64,000 nt of DNA from Chiloscyllium plagiosum (taxonomy: Eukaryota): NCBI RefSeq assembly GCF_004010195.1, contig NC_057717.1, positions 107,166,585 to 107,230,584 of the forward strand, read 5' to 3'. The notes under the pieces are model-generated. The model was not told the origin of the DNA, searched no databases, and saw only the letters and a list, made by a program, of their open reading frames with translations. Shown here one piece after another: positions 12,001-25,225 of this stretch (positions are counted from its first letter, which is position 1; each line of letters starts with the position of its first letter). Both the position numbers and the translations under genes were made by a program.

Positions 12001-14236
12001 GAACATTGCATTGAGAGATAGCCTTTAGAATGCTGCTGAGTAAAGGTAGCTAGGTAATCCTTACAATATAGACTGTTTTATAAAAACTTTAGAGAGAAGC
12101 ATGTGTAGTAGGCCAACTAGCATTTGGCAGTAGAGTTTATAGAATAGTTTTGCAATAAGTCTTGCAGTGAAATTAGATTCTTGTATATCTATGAATACCA
12201 TGTACAATATTAAGCCTTAATATGTCATAAACAGTGTTACAAAAAACCCAGGCAAGTTCTTGACCTTGTCTTCTCTTTGAACAGTCTATCTTGAACCCAA
12301 ACTGTTGAATGTAGGCCTAAGACCACACAACAAAACATGATGCCAATGACAGAAACTGCTGCCAAGATGGTGAATACTAGGAAACAGAGTTGAAATGGTT
12401 TGCAGAAGACAAGAACTCAAAGGAATTGGCGGCGCAGCTTTAAGACCAACCAGCAGTCGGAAATTCCACAAAATTGAACAACTGCTAAATAGGAGAAATC
12501 ACTGAACATAAATATTCTGCACAGAAAATACCAAAAACAACTGAATAAAAACCTTTTACATCCAGTAATAAGGGAAATACACTTTTCTTTTAAAATGCAG
12601 AGAGAGCATTAAAAGCCCCTGAGCAGCCAAAGGGATAAGAAGCCAGATTGAAGACAAGTCTTGACCTTGCAATCTCCTCAATCGTTTGAACCCAAACTTT
12701 TGGGTTTGGGCATAAAATCACAAGAGAAAAATAATTTAATTGACGAGTAACAAACCTGCACTCCCCCCACTAACCACCCCACACCCCCCAAATCCCCAAC
12801 GCCCACCAAGAAATGACCACAACTTGAATGTAACCAGAATGACTATAGTCCTTTTCAACAAAAGAGAATTTGCTAGAAATTGAAAAAAAAACATGCAAAT
12901 GGCTCAATATTTTGGATTATAACTAATGTAAGTCTAGACAGAAAGCATGTGACTTCAAGCTGTACAAACAATCATACTCAGCTGACTTCTAACAGCAATC
13001 TGTAAATTTATTTGAAACCACAATTTCAATTTGCTTAATATTATGTAACATTCCTTCTTTACAAGGCAATAGATTCCTGCTGTTTAAGCTGCAAGCAAAT
13101 CAAGAAGGACTTGTTCCATTGGTAGGTTACATTATTCCATCGATTGTAACAGTGTCCTTCTGAGATTTCACCAACAATGAAGCTAAATCTATAACCAGTA
13201 TTCCCCTATTCAAAGTCACATCGTACATAATCAGAAAAAGTGCTACAAGCTGATTCCTGACCAAGATCTCTGCAGTCCGCAGTCCTCCAACTTTGGGTTC
13301 CTATTCATCAGATTTCTTCCACCCATTCATGTACTGGTAATTGTGCCGTCAGTTGCCTAGGACCTAAGTTCCTCTCTGTCTCTCTTCCTCGCTTTTAAAA
13401 TATATTTAAAACCTCCTCTTTGACTAAGCATTTGGGGAAGTACTGAGGAAGTTTATAACAAATTATTGGGAACTATTAATAATCTAATGAGGTGAATGGG
13501 GAGAAAGATGGTGGGATAGTTGTGAAGTCACTTGACTAGTAATCCAATCAGTAACCCAGCTTAATGCCCAGGCAACAAAGGTTCAAATCCTACCATGACA
13601 GTTCTTGCAAACTGAATTCAGTGAATACATGTGTAAATATAAAGCGTGTATTAGTAAAGTGACATTAGTTTTAAAAATGGTATCTGGCTCACCAATGTCC
13701 TGTAGGAAAGGAAATCTGCCATCCTTATCTGATTTAGCAGACACGTGACTTCAGACCCACAGCAATGTGGTTGACTCTCAACCATCCTCATAAATGGCAT
13801 TGCAAGACACTCACTTGTACCAAAGCCAAAAAAAAAACAGACCATCGAGCATCAACTTATATACTGAAAACAACATTAGCAATCAGCCAGATTGACCCTA
13901 CAAAGTCCTCTTTAAAAATATCTGGGGCTTTGTGCCAAAATTGGGAGAGCTGTCCCACAGAAAATTGAAGCAACAGTCTGACAGAGTCTCACACACACGG
14001 AATCAGACCTTAAGGAAATATCCTAGACATCACCATCACCATCCCTGGGTATTTCGTGTACCACCAGTAGGATAGACCCAGTAGAAGTGGCAGCACAGTG
14101 GTAGCCAGTCAGGGGAGAGCAGTCCTGCGAGTCCTCAATATTAACTCCAAACCCCATGAAGTCTCATGACATCATGTCAGGCAAGGACAGGGAAGCCATC
14201 TGATTTCCTGATGAATCAGTGCTTTTTTTTAATGTT

Positions 14237-14362
14237 AGGAGAAAGTGAGGACTGCAGATGCTGGAGATCAGAGCTGAAAATGTGTTGCTGGAAAAGCGCA
14301 GCAGGTCAGGCAGCATCCAATGAGCAGGAGAATCGACGTTTCGGGCATGAGCTCTTCTTCAG
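14237..14362 (-). mobile_element. Hammerhead-bearing PLE-derived element (family 1)
   Basis: Family-1 sequence; core ctgaaga-agagctcatgccc-gaaacgtc with a stem II mismatch; imperfect TSD tttttt(a)atgtta. Confidence 0.8.
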
Positions 14363-14776
14363 CCCTTTTTTATGTTACTCAGCACTTGCAGGAAGCATTA
14401 AGCGTGACAAGGGCACATGTAATGTACTCTGGATGGGGACATCAAGTCCATCACTTGGAGAGGCTTAGTAGCACCACTCAGACAAGCGAGTCAAGTCCTA
14501 TGTGACTGCAGGATTAGATCAACAGCAAGTGGAGCTTGCTGCAAGTAACAAGAGGGAAGAATGTACTTGATTTCATTCCCATAAATCTACCGACCACAGA
14601 GATGTCCATCCATGAGAGTATCAGTGTGAGTGACCATCATGCAGTGCTTGTGGAAGCAAAGTTCGATCTTCATACTGAGAACATCCTCCAACATGTTGTT
14701 TGGCACTATCACCATGTTAAATGGGCAGACTTTGAACAGATCTAGCAACTCAAGACTGGGCTATCATGAGAAACTG

Positions 14777-14918
14777 GGATAAAGTGAGGACTGCAGATGC
14801 TGGAGATCAGAGTTGAGAGTGTGGTGCGGGAAAAAGCACAGCAGGTCAGGCAGCATCCGAGAAGCAGGAGAATCAATGTTTCGGGCATAAGCTCTTCATC
14901 AGGAATGAGGCCTCATTC
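14777..14918 (-). mobile_element. Hammerhead-bearing PLE-derived element (family 1), core decayed
   Basis: 17-bp TSD gctatcatgag(a/g)aactg at 14760-14776 and 14919-14935; terminal palindrome gaatgaggcctcattc. Confidence 0.8.
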
Positions 14919-16399
14919 GCTATCATGAGGAACTGTTGGCTATCAGCAGCAGAGGAATAGTATTCAACCACAATCTGTAGCCTCATGGTCCAACATATTC
15001 TCCACTCTACCATTACCATTGAACCAGCAGATAAACCTGGTTCAATGAAGAATGCAAAAGGGCATGCCAAGAGCAGTGCCAGGCTAGCCTAAAAATAATA
15101 TGTCAACCTGGCAAAGCCTCAAAACTGTATTACTTGGGTGTCAAACAACGAAAGCTGGAAGAGGTAATTGACAATGCTATCAAGCTGGTCTTGCAATGGA
15201 ATAACTTGCTCACTGATGTTCAGTTTATATTCCGCCAGGGCCACCTTGCACCTAACCTCACTCTGGTCCTGGTCCAAACACAGAAAAAAGAGCTATACTC
15301 CAGAGGAGAGGTGAGAGTGACTGTCCTTGACATCAACGCTGCATTTAACCGAGTGTGGCATCAAGGAGCCCAAGCAAAACTGGAATCAAAAGGAGTCACA
15401 CCTGTGATTTGGGTCACACCTGCCACATTGGAAGATGGTTGTAATTATTGGTGGTCAGCCAGCTCAACTTCAGGACACAATTCAGGAGTTCCTTAACGTG
15501 TGTCCTCAACCCAAACATTTATACCTGCTCCATCAACGACCTTGCCTCCAAAATAAAGTGAGGTATGGGGATGTTCGTTGATGATATCATAATATTCACA
15601 TTCTTCATTACATGTCAGATATTGAAGCAGAAAGATATAGACAACATCCAAGTGGCAAGTAACAGTTGCGCCACACAAGTGTCAGGCATTGTCCGTCTCC
15701 AATAAGATTGAATCTAATTATAGCTCCTTGACATTGAATGGCATTGTCAACACTGAATCCCCCACTATCAATACCCTGGGGGTTACTATTGACCAGAAAC
15801 TTAACAAGGCTAACTATTTAAATACTGTGGCTACAAGAGCAGGTTAGAGTCCAGGAATTCTGCAGTCAGGCATTCATCTTCTGTCTCCCAATGTTCAGTG
15901 ATCATCGACAATGCATGACTCAAGAATATGATGGGACACTCTTAGGTACAAGTAATCAGCAGTTTTAAATGTTTTGTAATGTTTAAGTTAAAAGTAAATT
16001 GACCAGAAATATATACACCTGCACTTTAACCAACTTTTTATCCTCTGATCATCTAAGAATAGGAATACTTTAAATTTAAATAAGGGAACAATGTTGGCAT
16101 GAAAGCAGAGCTAGCTGAAGTGAACTGAAACATGAGGCTGGGGTTTTGCTGGGAAGGTGGTGGCATAATGGTGCTGTCACTGGATTAGTAATCCATAACC
16201 TCATGCTTATGTTCTGGAGATGTTGGTTTGAATCCCACCATGGCAGATGGTGAAATATTAAATCAGTAAAAATGTGGAATTAAAAGTTAGTCTAATGATA
16301 ACCATGTCATAACAATCCCATCTGGCGATGGGCAGAAATTCTGGCCTTGCCAAAGAATAAAAAGTAGGGAAGCAGTAAACAAACATTTAAAGGGATTTT

Positions 16400-19300
16400 T
16401 CAAATTAAGTATATTCCTACTATGAAGGGACATTCTAATGAGAGGACCCACTATCTGTGGTAATTAAAGAACTTAAGAAAAGCATAAAACTTAATGAAAA
16501 AATATATATTTGTACAAAGATGATTGAAAAAAATGGTTAAAAGATTAATCAAAAGAAATTATGTGAAGAAGCTAACTAAAAATGTAAAAATAGATGGCTA
16601 GAGTTTCCACAGATTTTAAAAAGAAATAAAGTAATGAGTGTTGGTCCTCAACAGAGTGAAAATGAGCAATTAGTAGTAATTATAAGGAAATGATGGCTGA
16701 AGTGAGCAAATATTTTGATTCTGTCTTCAAGAGAGGGTACGAAAACATCGCAGTAATACCTGTAAATCAAGACGTGGGAGGAAGAGAGTAATTTGGTGAA
16801 ATTAAATCACAAGGGAAACAGTACAAAGTAAACTGATGGAGTTACAAGCTGGCATTTCCAGATCCTGACGAACTTCATTTTAGGATCTTTGACAAATAGA
16901 GTTCAGGACAATCCAAAGAGGTTCTATAAGTACATTAAGGAGAAAACAGTAACTAAGGAGAGAATAGTGCCCCTTAAAGTACAACATGGCCAACTATAAG
17001 TGGAATCACAGGAGATGGTGAATTACTAAACAAATATTTCACAACAGTATTTACTGTGACGAAGGACATGGAAGCCAAGGAACTTGGGGAAATAAATAGT
17101 GATATAATGAAAAGAGTTCATATTAGAAAAGGGGAGCGCTGGAGGTCTTAAAATGCATAAAGGTAGATAAATCCCCAAGATCTGATCAGGTATTTTCCAG
17201 AACTTTATAGGAAGAGATTGCCCCATATTATATCATTGACAGCCATGGGTGAGGTGCCAGAACACTGGAGGTTGGCTTGTGTGGTGCCATTATGTAAGGG
17301 AGATAGTAAGGAAAGCCAGGAAACTATAGATCAGAGTGCCTTACGTCAGTGGGTAAGTTGTTGGAGGGAATTCTGAGGGACAGGATTTATGTGCTTTTGG
17401 AAAGGCAAGAACTGATTTGGGATAGTCAACATGGTTTTGTGTGTAGGAAATCACGTCTCACTAACTTGATTGAATGTTTTGAAGATGTGATAAAGAAAAT
17501 TGTCTACACGGACTTCAGTAAAGCATTTGAAAAGGTTCCACATGGTAGACTGGTGAGTGAGGTTAGATCACATGGAATCCAGGGGGAGCTAGTCAACTGG
17601 ATACAAAATTGACTTGAAGGTAGGAGACAGAGAGTGGTGGTAGAGGATTGCTTTTTAGACTGGAGGCCTGTGACCAGCCGGGTTCCACAAGGATGTGTGC
17701 TGGGCCTACTGCTTTTAGTAATTTATATAAACGATTTGGATGTGAATGTAAGAGACATGGTTAGCAAGATTGCAAGAGACTCAAAACTAGGTGGTGTAGT
17801 GGGCAGGGAAGATTATCTCAGAGTATAACGGACCTTGATCAGATGGATCAATGACGTATGAGTGGCAGATGGAATTTAATTTAAATAAGTGTGACCTGTT
17901 GCAAGACAAACCAGGGCAGGATTTATATGGTTAATGGTAGAGCCTTAAGGAGTGTTACTCAACAAAGAGACCTAGAGGTGCAGGTGCATAGTTCCTTGAA
18001 AGTTGAGTTGCAGGTAGACAGGGTGGTGAAGAAGGCATTTGGCATGCTTGCCTTCATCGATCATAATATTGAGTAAAGAAATTGGGATGACATGTTGCAG
18101 CTGTCCAGGACATTGGTGAAGCCACTTTAAGAATACTGCGCACAATTCTGGCTGCCCTTCAAAAGGATGGATGCTGTTAAACCTAAGAGGGTGCAGAAAA
18201 GATTTACAAGGATGTTGCTGGGACTACAGGGTTTGTGTTAGAGGGAGAGGCTGGATAGGCTGGGGCTTTTTCCCTGGAGCTTTGGGAGGCTGAGGGGTGA
18301 CCTTAAAGAAGTTATAAAATCATAAGGGGCCTGGACAGGTTGAATAGCCAAGGTCTTTTTCTTAGGGTAGGGGAGTCCAAAATTAGAGGACATAGATTTA
18401 AGGTGAGAGTGAAAAGATTTATAAAAGATCTGAGGTGTAACCTTTTTATACAGAGAGTGGTGCATGCATACAATGAGCTGCCTGAGGAAGTGGTGGAGGC
18501 GTCTGGATGGGGATATGAGTAGGAAAGGTTAATAGGGATATGGACCAAGTGCTGATAAATGGGGCTTGGTCAGATTGGAACGTCTGGTCAGTGTGGACTA
18601 TTTGGATCGATGGGTCTGTTTCCACATTGTGTGACTCAATAACTCTATCTTTAAAAAGGTGGTTAATGAGGTTACAGATGCATTGGGGTTAATTTTCAAG
18701 TTTCATTAAATTCTGGAATAGGTCCATCAGACTAGAAATGAGCAAATATAACATCTCTTGTTAAGGAGAGAGGGAGGCAGAAAACAGAAAACTCGGTTAC
18801 TTAGCTTTATATCTGTGGTTGGAAAGATGTAGGATTTGCTCATTCAGGAGGTTATAGCTGGCCACACAGAAAAACTCAAAGTAATCGTTAAGAATCAGAG
18901 TGATATCGACTAAGGGAAGTCATGTATAATCAATGTATTGAAGTTTTTTGAAGGAGTAACATGCACTGTGGATGTAAGGTGCCACTTAAAAGATTATTGT
19001 GCAAATTAGATGCTCATGGTTTATGAGGTTAAAACATTAGCATGGATTGAAGATTGTCTGGTGGAAGAAAACAAAGGACATATATAAATGGGCCTTTTTC
19101 TGACTGGCTGGATGATGAGTGGAGTCTTGCAGGGTGCTGTGCTATGCCCTCAGCGTTTAACAATTTACATCAATGACTGAGATGAGGGGATCAAAGGCAT
19201 GGTGACTAAATTTGCAAATGATAGATCGGTGGGAAAGTATGCCGTGAAGAGGACAAAAGAAGGATGCAAACATATGTAGATGGGTTAAGTGAGTGTACGA

Positions 19301-20100
19301 AAAGTCTGCCAGCTGGAGTATAATGTGGGACAATGTGAAGTTGTTCATTTTGGCAAGAGGAATAAAGAAACAGAGTATTACTTAAACAGATAATAATTCC
19401 AAAATTCTGCATGCAGTAGGATCTAAGTGTTCTAGTGAATGAGTCACAAGAAAAAGTTAGTATTCAAAGCCAGCAAGTGATTAAAAAGACTAATGGAATG
19501 CCATCCTTTATTGCAAGAGGAACTGAACATAAAAATAAGGGCCTTCTACCTTGGTTATACAGGGTATTAGTGAGACTGCATCACAAATATTGGGTGCACG
19601 TTTGCTCTCTTCATTTAAGGAAGGACATAAATGTGCTATAGGTTTATTAAAGTCATACTTGGAATGAGTATATTGTCTTGTGAGAATAGGTTGGATAGAC
19701 TGGGTCTGATTTCACTACAGTTTAAACGTGTTAGGAGTGATTTGGTTGAAGGTTATAAGATCCTGAATGGTCTTCACAAGGCGGACATGGAAAGAATATG
19801 AGTCAATCCACAATTAAGGACACTGTTCTAAAATTAGAACCTTTTCTGACAGAAATAAGAATTGTACAATTTTGTATATATGTCTAAGAGACACTGGAGT
19901 TGGGGTAATTGAATATTTTTAAGGCAGGGATAGATAGATTTTTATTAGCCAGGAGAATAAGGTGAAAAAGTTTAAAAAGGTTAAAGTTAGTAGATGGGAA
20001 TGTGGAATTCAGAATCAGATCATCCATACTCTAATTGAATGGTAGAGCAGACTTGAAGAGCTGAATGGCCTACTTCTGCTCCTAAGTTACATGTTCATAT
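16400..20100 (+). mobile_element. Older CR1 LINE interrupted by a second CR1 (16891-18646)
   Basis: The outer copy breaks at …HFRI (16890) and resumes at ~18650, continuing through KFAND to a 3' tail. The inner copy has its own RT motifs (GKLLEGILRDRI, DFSKAFEKVPHGRL) and its own tail. Confidence 0.8.
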
Positions 20101-20309
20101 CACTCCCAAGGGTTACTCTAAGGCTCTATCATTTCTACAGAACTCCAATTTCCCCTTAACACCGACTGACCAGCAACAGATTGTAATGGGTCAAGGGAGC
20201 ATGATTTGGAGAGTTGTGGTTGTCAAACCAGTTTTCTGAAATATAGGAGAGGTGTTGAAGTGTCATCAGCCTTTGATTTCCAAGGATGTTACTGCATCCC
20301 TCTTTATCA

Positions 20310-20925
20310 ACATCTTGGAGGTTACCATTGACCAGAAACTCAATTGGACTAGCTATATAATTACAGTGGCTATAAAAACAGGTCAGAGGTTAGGAATCCT
20401 GTCGAAAGAAACTCACCTCCAAACTTGCCAAAGACAACATCTACAAAGCACACAGCATGGGTATAATGGAATACTCCCCACTTGCCTGGATGTGTGCAGC
20501 TCCAACAATACTCAAGAAGCCTGACACCATTTAGGACAAAACAGCCTGCTTGATTGACTTCACAGCTACAAAGATTCAATCCCTCAACCACCACTGGACA
20601 GTTATAACAATATGCACCATCTACAACATGCACTGCAGGAATTCATCAAGGCTCCTTAGACAGCATCTTCCAAACTGACAAACACCACTATCCAAGAAGT
20701 TCCCTTCCAAACCATTCACTATCCTGACTTGGGAATATATTGCCATTCCTTCAATGTCACTAGGTCAAAACTTGCAACTCCCTCTCCAACTGCACTGTGG
20801 GTGTACCTACGGCAGAAGAACTACAATGGTTCAAGAAGGCAGCTCACCACCACTTTCTCAGGGGGAACTAGGGATGGGTAATATATGCTAGGCCAGCCAG
20901 CAACACCCACATCTCCTAAATGAAT
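20310..20925 (+). mobile_element. 3' end of CR1-group LINE (family B)
   Basis: ILEVTIDQKLNWTSYI motif and the family-B 3' tail ending atgaatgaa. Confidence 0.75.
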
Positions 20926-21659
20926 GAAGGAGAAAAGGGCAAAGACTCTGCTGTCAAAGATGTCACAGCCAGAATGGATGGGTTTTATTACTGTCATGAT
21001 CAGTATGTTCTGTATGGAACAACATGTGCTTTCTCTTATTCTTAGTAGTTCAATGAAATAATTAAATAAACTCCCTGGGAGTCAGTGTCACATGGTTTTA
21101 AGAGTACTCCCTGGGACTGCATGCCATATAGTGCACGGAGCACTATCTTGGGTGAATGTTGCACTATCCTGGCAATGAGTGTAACTCTGTGTAACATGGG
21201 TATAGGAGTCACACAATGTATATGTCTGAATACGTGCAATATCTTAGATTATTACTTTTATGTGATGCAAAATTCTGACAGCAGTCAGAGGAAACTCTCT
21301 ATACAGAAAGACCTATTTTCTGCATTGCCAATGATCTTGTGAAACATGGAAGCAGACTGCAAACACAGATGTTCCTGAACAATCTCCTGATAATATAAAT
21401 TAAATTGTCCAAAAGACTGGAGGGGAAAAGCCTGGAAAGCAACCCTGGCTGTTGCTTTGCTGACACACGTACCCTTCACTGACAGGATCAATGACATCAA
21501 CATCAATCAGCAACTCCAAGAAATCTTCCTAATCTGTGCTCACAGAAAATACAGCACCCAGCAATAAAGTCAACCTCACAATCCTAACATTGATACTCAA
21601 GTCTGTGATTCATTGTGATATGCACTTCATGTCCACTGTGCATGCATCAGAAAAAGCTG

Positions 21660-22262
21660 GCATTTAGACACAGCAAGTGATTAAGAAGACAAATTGAACA
21701 TTGCCCTTTACAGCAAGGAGGATGGAATATAAAAGTAGACAAGTTTGATACAACTATACAAGGCATTGGTGAGATCAGATCTATAATAGTTTACAGCATT
21801 TAAGGTCAGATACACTTGCTTTGAAATCAATCCTGAGAAACCTCACAAGTTTGATTCCTGGGATAAAAGGTTTATCTTGCCAGGAAGCTTAGAATACTTT
21901 GGGTCTATACAATTCTGAGGGGTCTTGATAGGATTGATGATGACAGGATATTTTCCCACATGGGGAAATCCAGAACTTGGGAGAACAATCTCGGAATAGG
22001 TGGTCTTCCATTTAATAAAGCAATAAAGAGAAATTTCTTCTCTCAAAGAGTTATAAGTTTTCTCTACACTGGGGTCTACAAGTGTTGAGTCGTTGAATAT
22101 ATTTAAAGCTGAGACGGACAGACTTTGAGCTATAGAAAGCTACAGTAGCAGGCAGCGAAGTGCAGCTCAGCTGAAGAGCAGACCTTGATCTTACTGAATG
22201 ATGAAGCAGGCTTGAGGGGTTCATGGACCTTACTCCTGCTCTTGATCCTATACTCTTATGCT
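21660..22262 (+). mobile_element. Old CR1 3' fragment
   Basis: Decayed QQVIKK…LYKALVR motifs and a CR1 tail (cctactcctgctc…ttatg). Confidence 0.6.
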
Positions 22263-23328
22263 AAGCAAGTCCTTTCACAACATTCTATCTGACAAACACT
22301 TTATAAGTTATCAGGTGATTTTGTTCACAAAAAGGTCAAGGAGTTCCCTCGCCTCAGAAGAGAAGGGTTGTGGCTGAGGGCTGTGGAGAGTTTTGTCACT
22401 TAATGAAGAAAACAAGGCTGTAATGCAGCTCCATTTGTTCATCATTTTTGTCAATAGGTTTGCTGAACCCAATCAGTCTATTCTTCAAAACACTGCTAGC
22501 CAAGATTAGAATTGAGCTGCCAATTGGGAATGCTGGAAACTGTTCTGTTCACAGATCCCCGCACCCCTAACTCCCCTGACACTAAATGATGACTCATCTT
22601 CTCATTGGCTGCAATTCCTTCGCAATAAAGCTCAGAATAAAGTGTTTAACAGCAAAGCCACAGTGAGCTCCCACACACTATAGGGTCGAGTACACTCCGT
22701 CATTTAATAACATAGACTTTCAATTTCAGCCCACAGTAATGATTTCAGAAATGACACGATCACTTTCTAGAAACATACAGTTCTCTTCTCACCAATTTAC
22801 TGCCTCTTTTCAGTTGAATTAATGAATTCCTTGCTGGGATTTGGTCCCAGTGCCCACGTTGCCTGAGTGGCCAGTCAGCATGATTTAAATAACCATGGAA
22901 GGTATCACTGCCCAGACAATATTTAACCAATGGCCAATTGGCAACATTCTCTCCATGCGTTTATGGTCACTAAATAATGAACAAGCATTGGAACCAGAAC
23001 CAGAGCTTATCTCCAGTTTCCTAACCCAAGGAACAATGGACAACAAATGCACCCCATCTACCCATGGCCAACTGTTGTATTCCTACTGGCTGTGAGAGCC
23101 TGTGGCACTCAGCTTTTACACTGGCCCTCCATGAAATTACTGAAGCAAATAATGACTAATCCAGATGCATGGAGAATGGACTGATATCTCATTCACGGGA
23201 TTTATTCTGACGTCTTGTGGAGTGGAGCAATGGGTAGTGTCCAGTTAAAGTGGGCTCAGAGTCATGCCCAGATATACAGAATTGGAACTTATGTTCCATA
23301 GCAGATGGCTAGTTCAAAGTTGTGTTAT

Positions 23329-24595
23329 GGAGCTCAGAGTGATGTCCAGTTAGTCGGAGCTCAGTGTGATGTCCAGGTGAAAGGAGCTCAGTGTGATATC
23401 CAGTTGGTGGGAGATCAATCTGATGTCCAGTTGGTGGGAGTTCAGGGTGATGTCCAGTTGGTGAGAGATCAGTGTGATGTCCAGTTGGTGGGAGATCGGT
23501 GTGATGTCCAGTTGGTGGGAGCTCAGGGTGATGTCCAGATGGTGGGAGATCGGGGTGATGTCCAGTTGGTGGGAGCTCAGGGTGATGTCCATTTGGTGGG
23601 AGAATGGGGTGATGTCCAGTTGATGGGAGCTCAGGGTGCTGTCCACTTGGTGGGAGATCGGTGTGATGTCCAGTTGGTGGGAGCTCAGGGTGACGTCCAG
23701 TTGGTGGGACATCGGGGTGATGTCCAGTTGGTGGAGCCTAGGGTGATGTCCAGTTGGTGGGAGATCGGGGTGATGTCCAGTTAGTGGGAGCTCAGGGAGA
23801 TGTCCATTTGGTGGGAACTTAGGGTGATGTCCAGTTGGTGGGAGCTCAGGGTGATGTCCAGTTGGTGGGAGATCAGTGTGATGCCCAGTTGGTGGAAGAT
23901 CGGTGTGATGTCCAGTTGGTGGGAGCTCAGAGTGATGTCCAGTTGGTGGGAGATCAGGGTGATGTCCAGTTGATGGGAGCTCAGGGTGATGTCCAGTTAG
24001 TGGGAGATCGGGGTGATGTCCAGTTAGTGGCAGATCGGTCTGATGTCCAGTTGGTGGGATATCGGGGTGATGTCCAGTTAGTGGGAGATCGGTCTGATGT
24101 CCAGTTGGTGGGAGCTCAGGGTGATGTCCAGTTGGTGGGAGATCGGTGTGATGTCCAGTTGGTGGGAGCTCAGTATGATGCCCAGTTGGTGGGAGATCGG
24201 GGTGATGTCCAGTTAGTGGGAGCTCAGGGTGATGTCCAGTTAATGGGAGATCGGGGTGATCTCCAGTTGGTGGAAGCTCAGGGTGATGTCCAGTTAGTGG
24301 GAGATCGGGGTGATGTCCAGTTGGTGGGAGCTCAGTGTGATGTCCAGATGAAAGGAGCTCAGAGTGATGTCCAGTTGGTGTGAGCCTAGGGTAATGTCCA
24401 GTTGGTGGGAGCCTAGGGTGATGTCCAGTTAGTGGGAGCTCAGGGAGATGTCCATTTGATGGGAACTCAGGGTGTTGTCTAGTTGGTGGGAATTCAGGGT
24501 GATGTCCAGTTGGTGGGAGATCGGTGTGATGTCCACTTGAGGAGAATTCAGGGTGATGTCCAGTTGAGGCGAATTCAGGATGATGTCCAGTTGAG
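23329..24595. repeat. 27-bp minisatellite (gatgtccagttggtgggagctcagggt, ~46 units)
   Basis: Direct tandem units; explains the (DVQLVGAQG)n and (SHQLDITLS)n ORFs. Confidence 0.97.
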
Positions 24596-24779
24596 TTAGT
24601 TTAGGATGATTCCCAGTTGACGGGACCTCATGATGATGAATAATAGAAACAAACAATACAACAGCGGTCCTTCAGCTCATCAGGTCTTCATCAGGAAAAC
24701 TCCTCTACATCTACACTGATCGTACTTTGTAGCATTTGGCCCATAGTATTTTATGTCGTATGGTTGTCATTTCAGTGGC

Positions 24780-25225
24780 TGACACTATCCAAGACAAAGC
24801 AGTCCACCTGATTAGCACCATATCCACAAACATTTACTCCCTCCACCACCAACTCTCAATGACAGCAGTGTGTACCAATCTGTTACATGCACTGTATTAA
24901 TTCTCAAAGGCCCCTTCACCTGCACTTTCCAATCACCTGGACTCTACCATCTAGAAGTACAAAGGTGACAGGTACATGGGAGAACCACAATCTGTAAATA
25001 TCTCTCCAAACCACTCACCATCCTGACTTGGAATATTTCACAATTCCTCCCATATTGTTGGGTCAAAATCCTGGAAATCCCTCCCTATTAGTGTTGTATA
25101 TGTACTCACATCAAATGGACTACAGTGGGTCTAGAAAGCAGCTCATCGTCACTTTTTCAAAGGCATCATGGGATGGGCAATAAGTGCTGGCCCAGATCGC
25201 AACATCCAAATCCCATTAATGATTT
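24780..25225 (+). mobile_element. 3' end of CR1-group LINE (family B)
   Basis: Homologous to 20520-20925. Confidence 0.7.

Larger units (their letters stand above)
13508..15945 (+). mobile_element. Decayed CR1-group LINE (family B) with tRNA-like 5' head, APE endonuclease and RT remnants
   Basis: Head with ggttcaaatcc B-box-like motif; NIWGFVPKLGELSHR; ITIPGY…DRPSRSG; RT remnants QFIFRQGH and LDINAAFNRVWHQG; GVTIDQKL. Carries two family-1 insertions. Confidence 0.75.

Noticed and set aside
23305..24656. Long repetitive ORFs (159 and 182 aa) or a CRISPR-like array
   Set aside because: Contiguous 27-bp tandem units with no unique spacers, no cas genes and a eukaryotic context. The ORFs are a by-product of unit length and contain frameshifts and stops.
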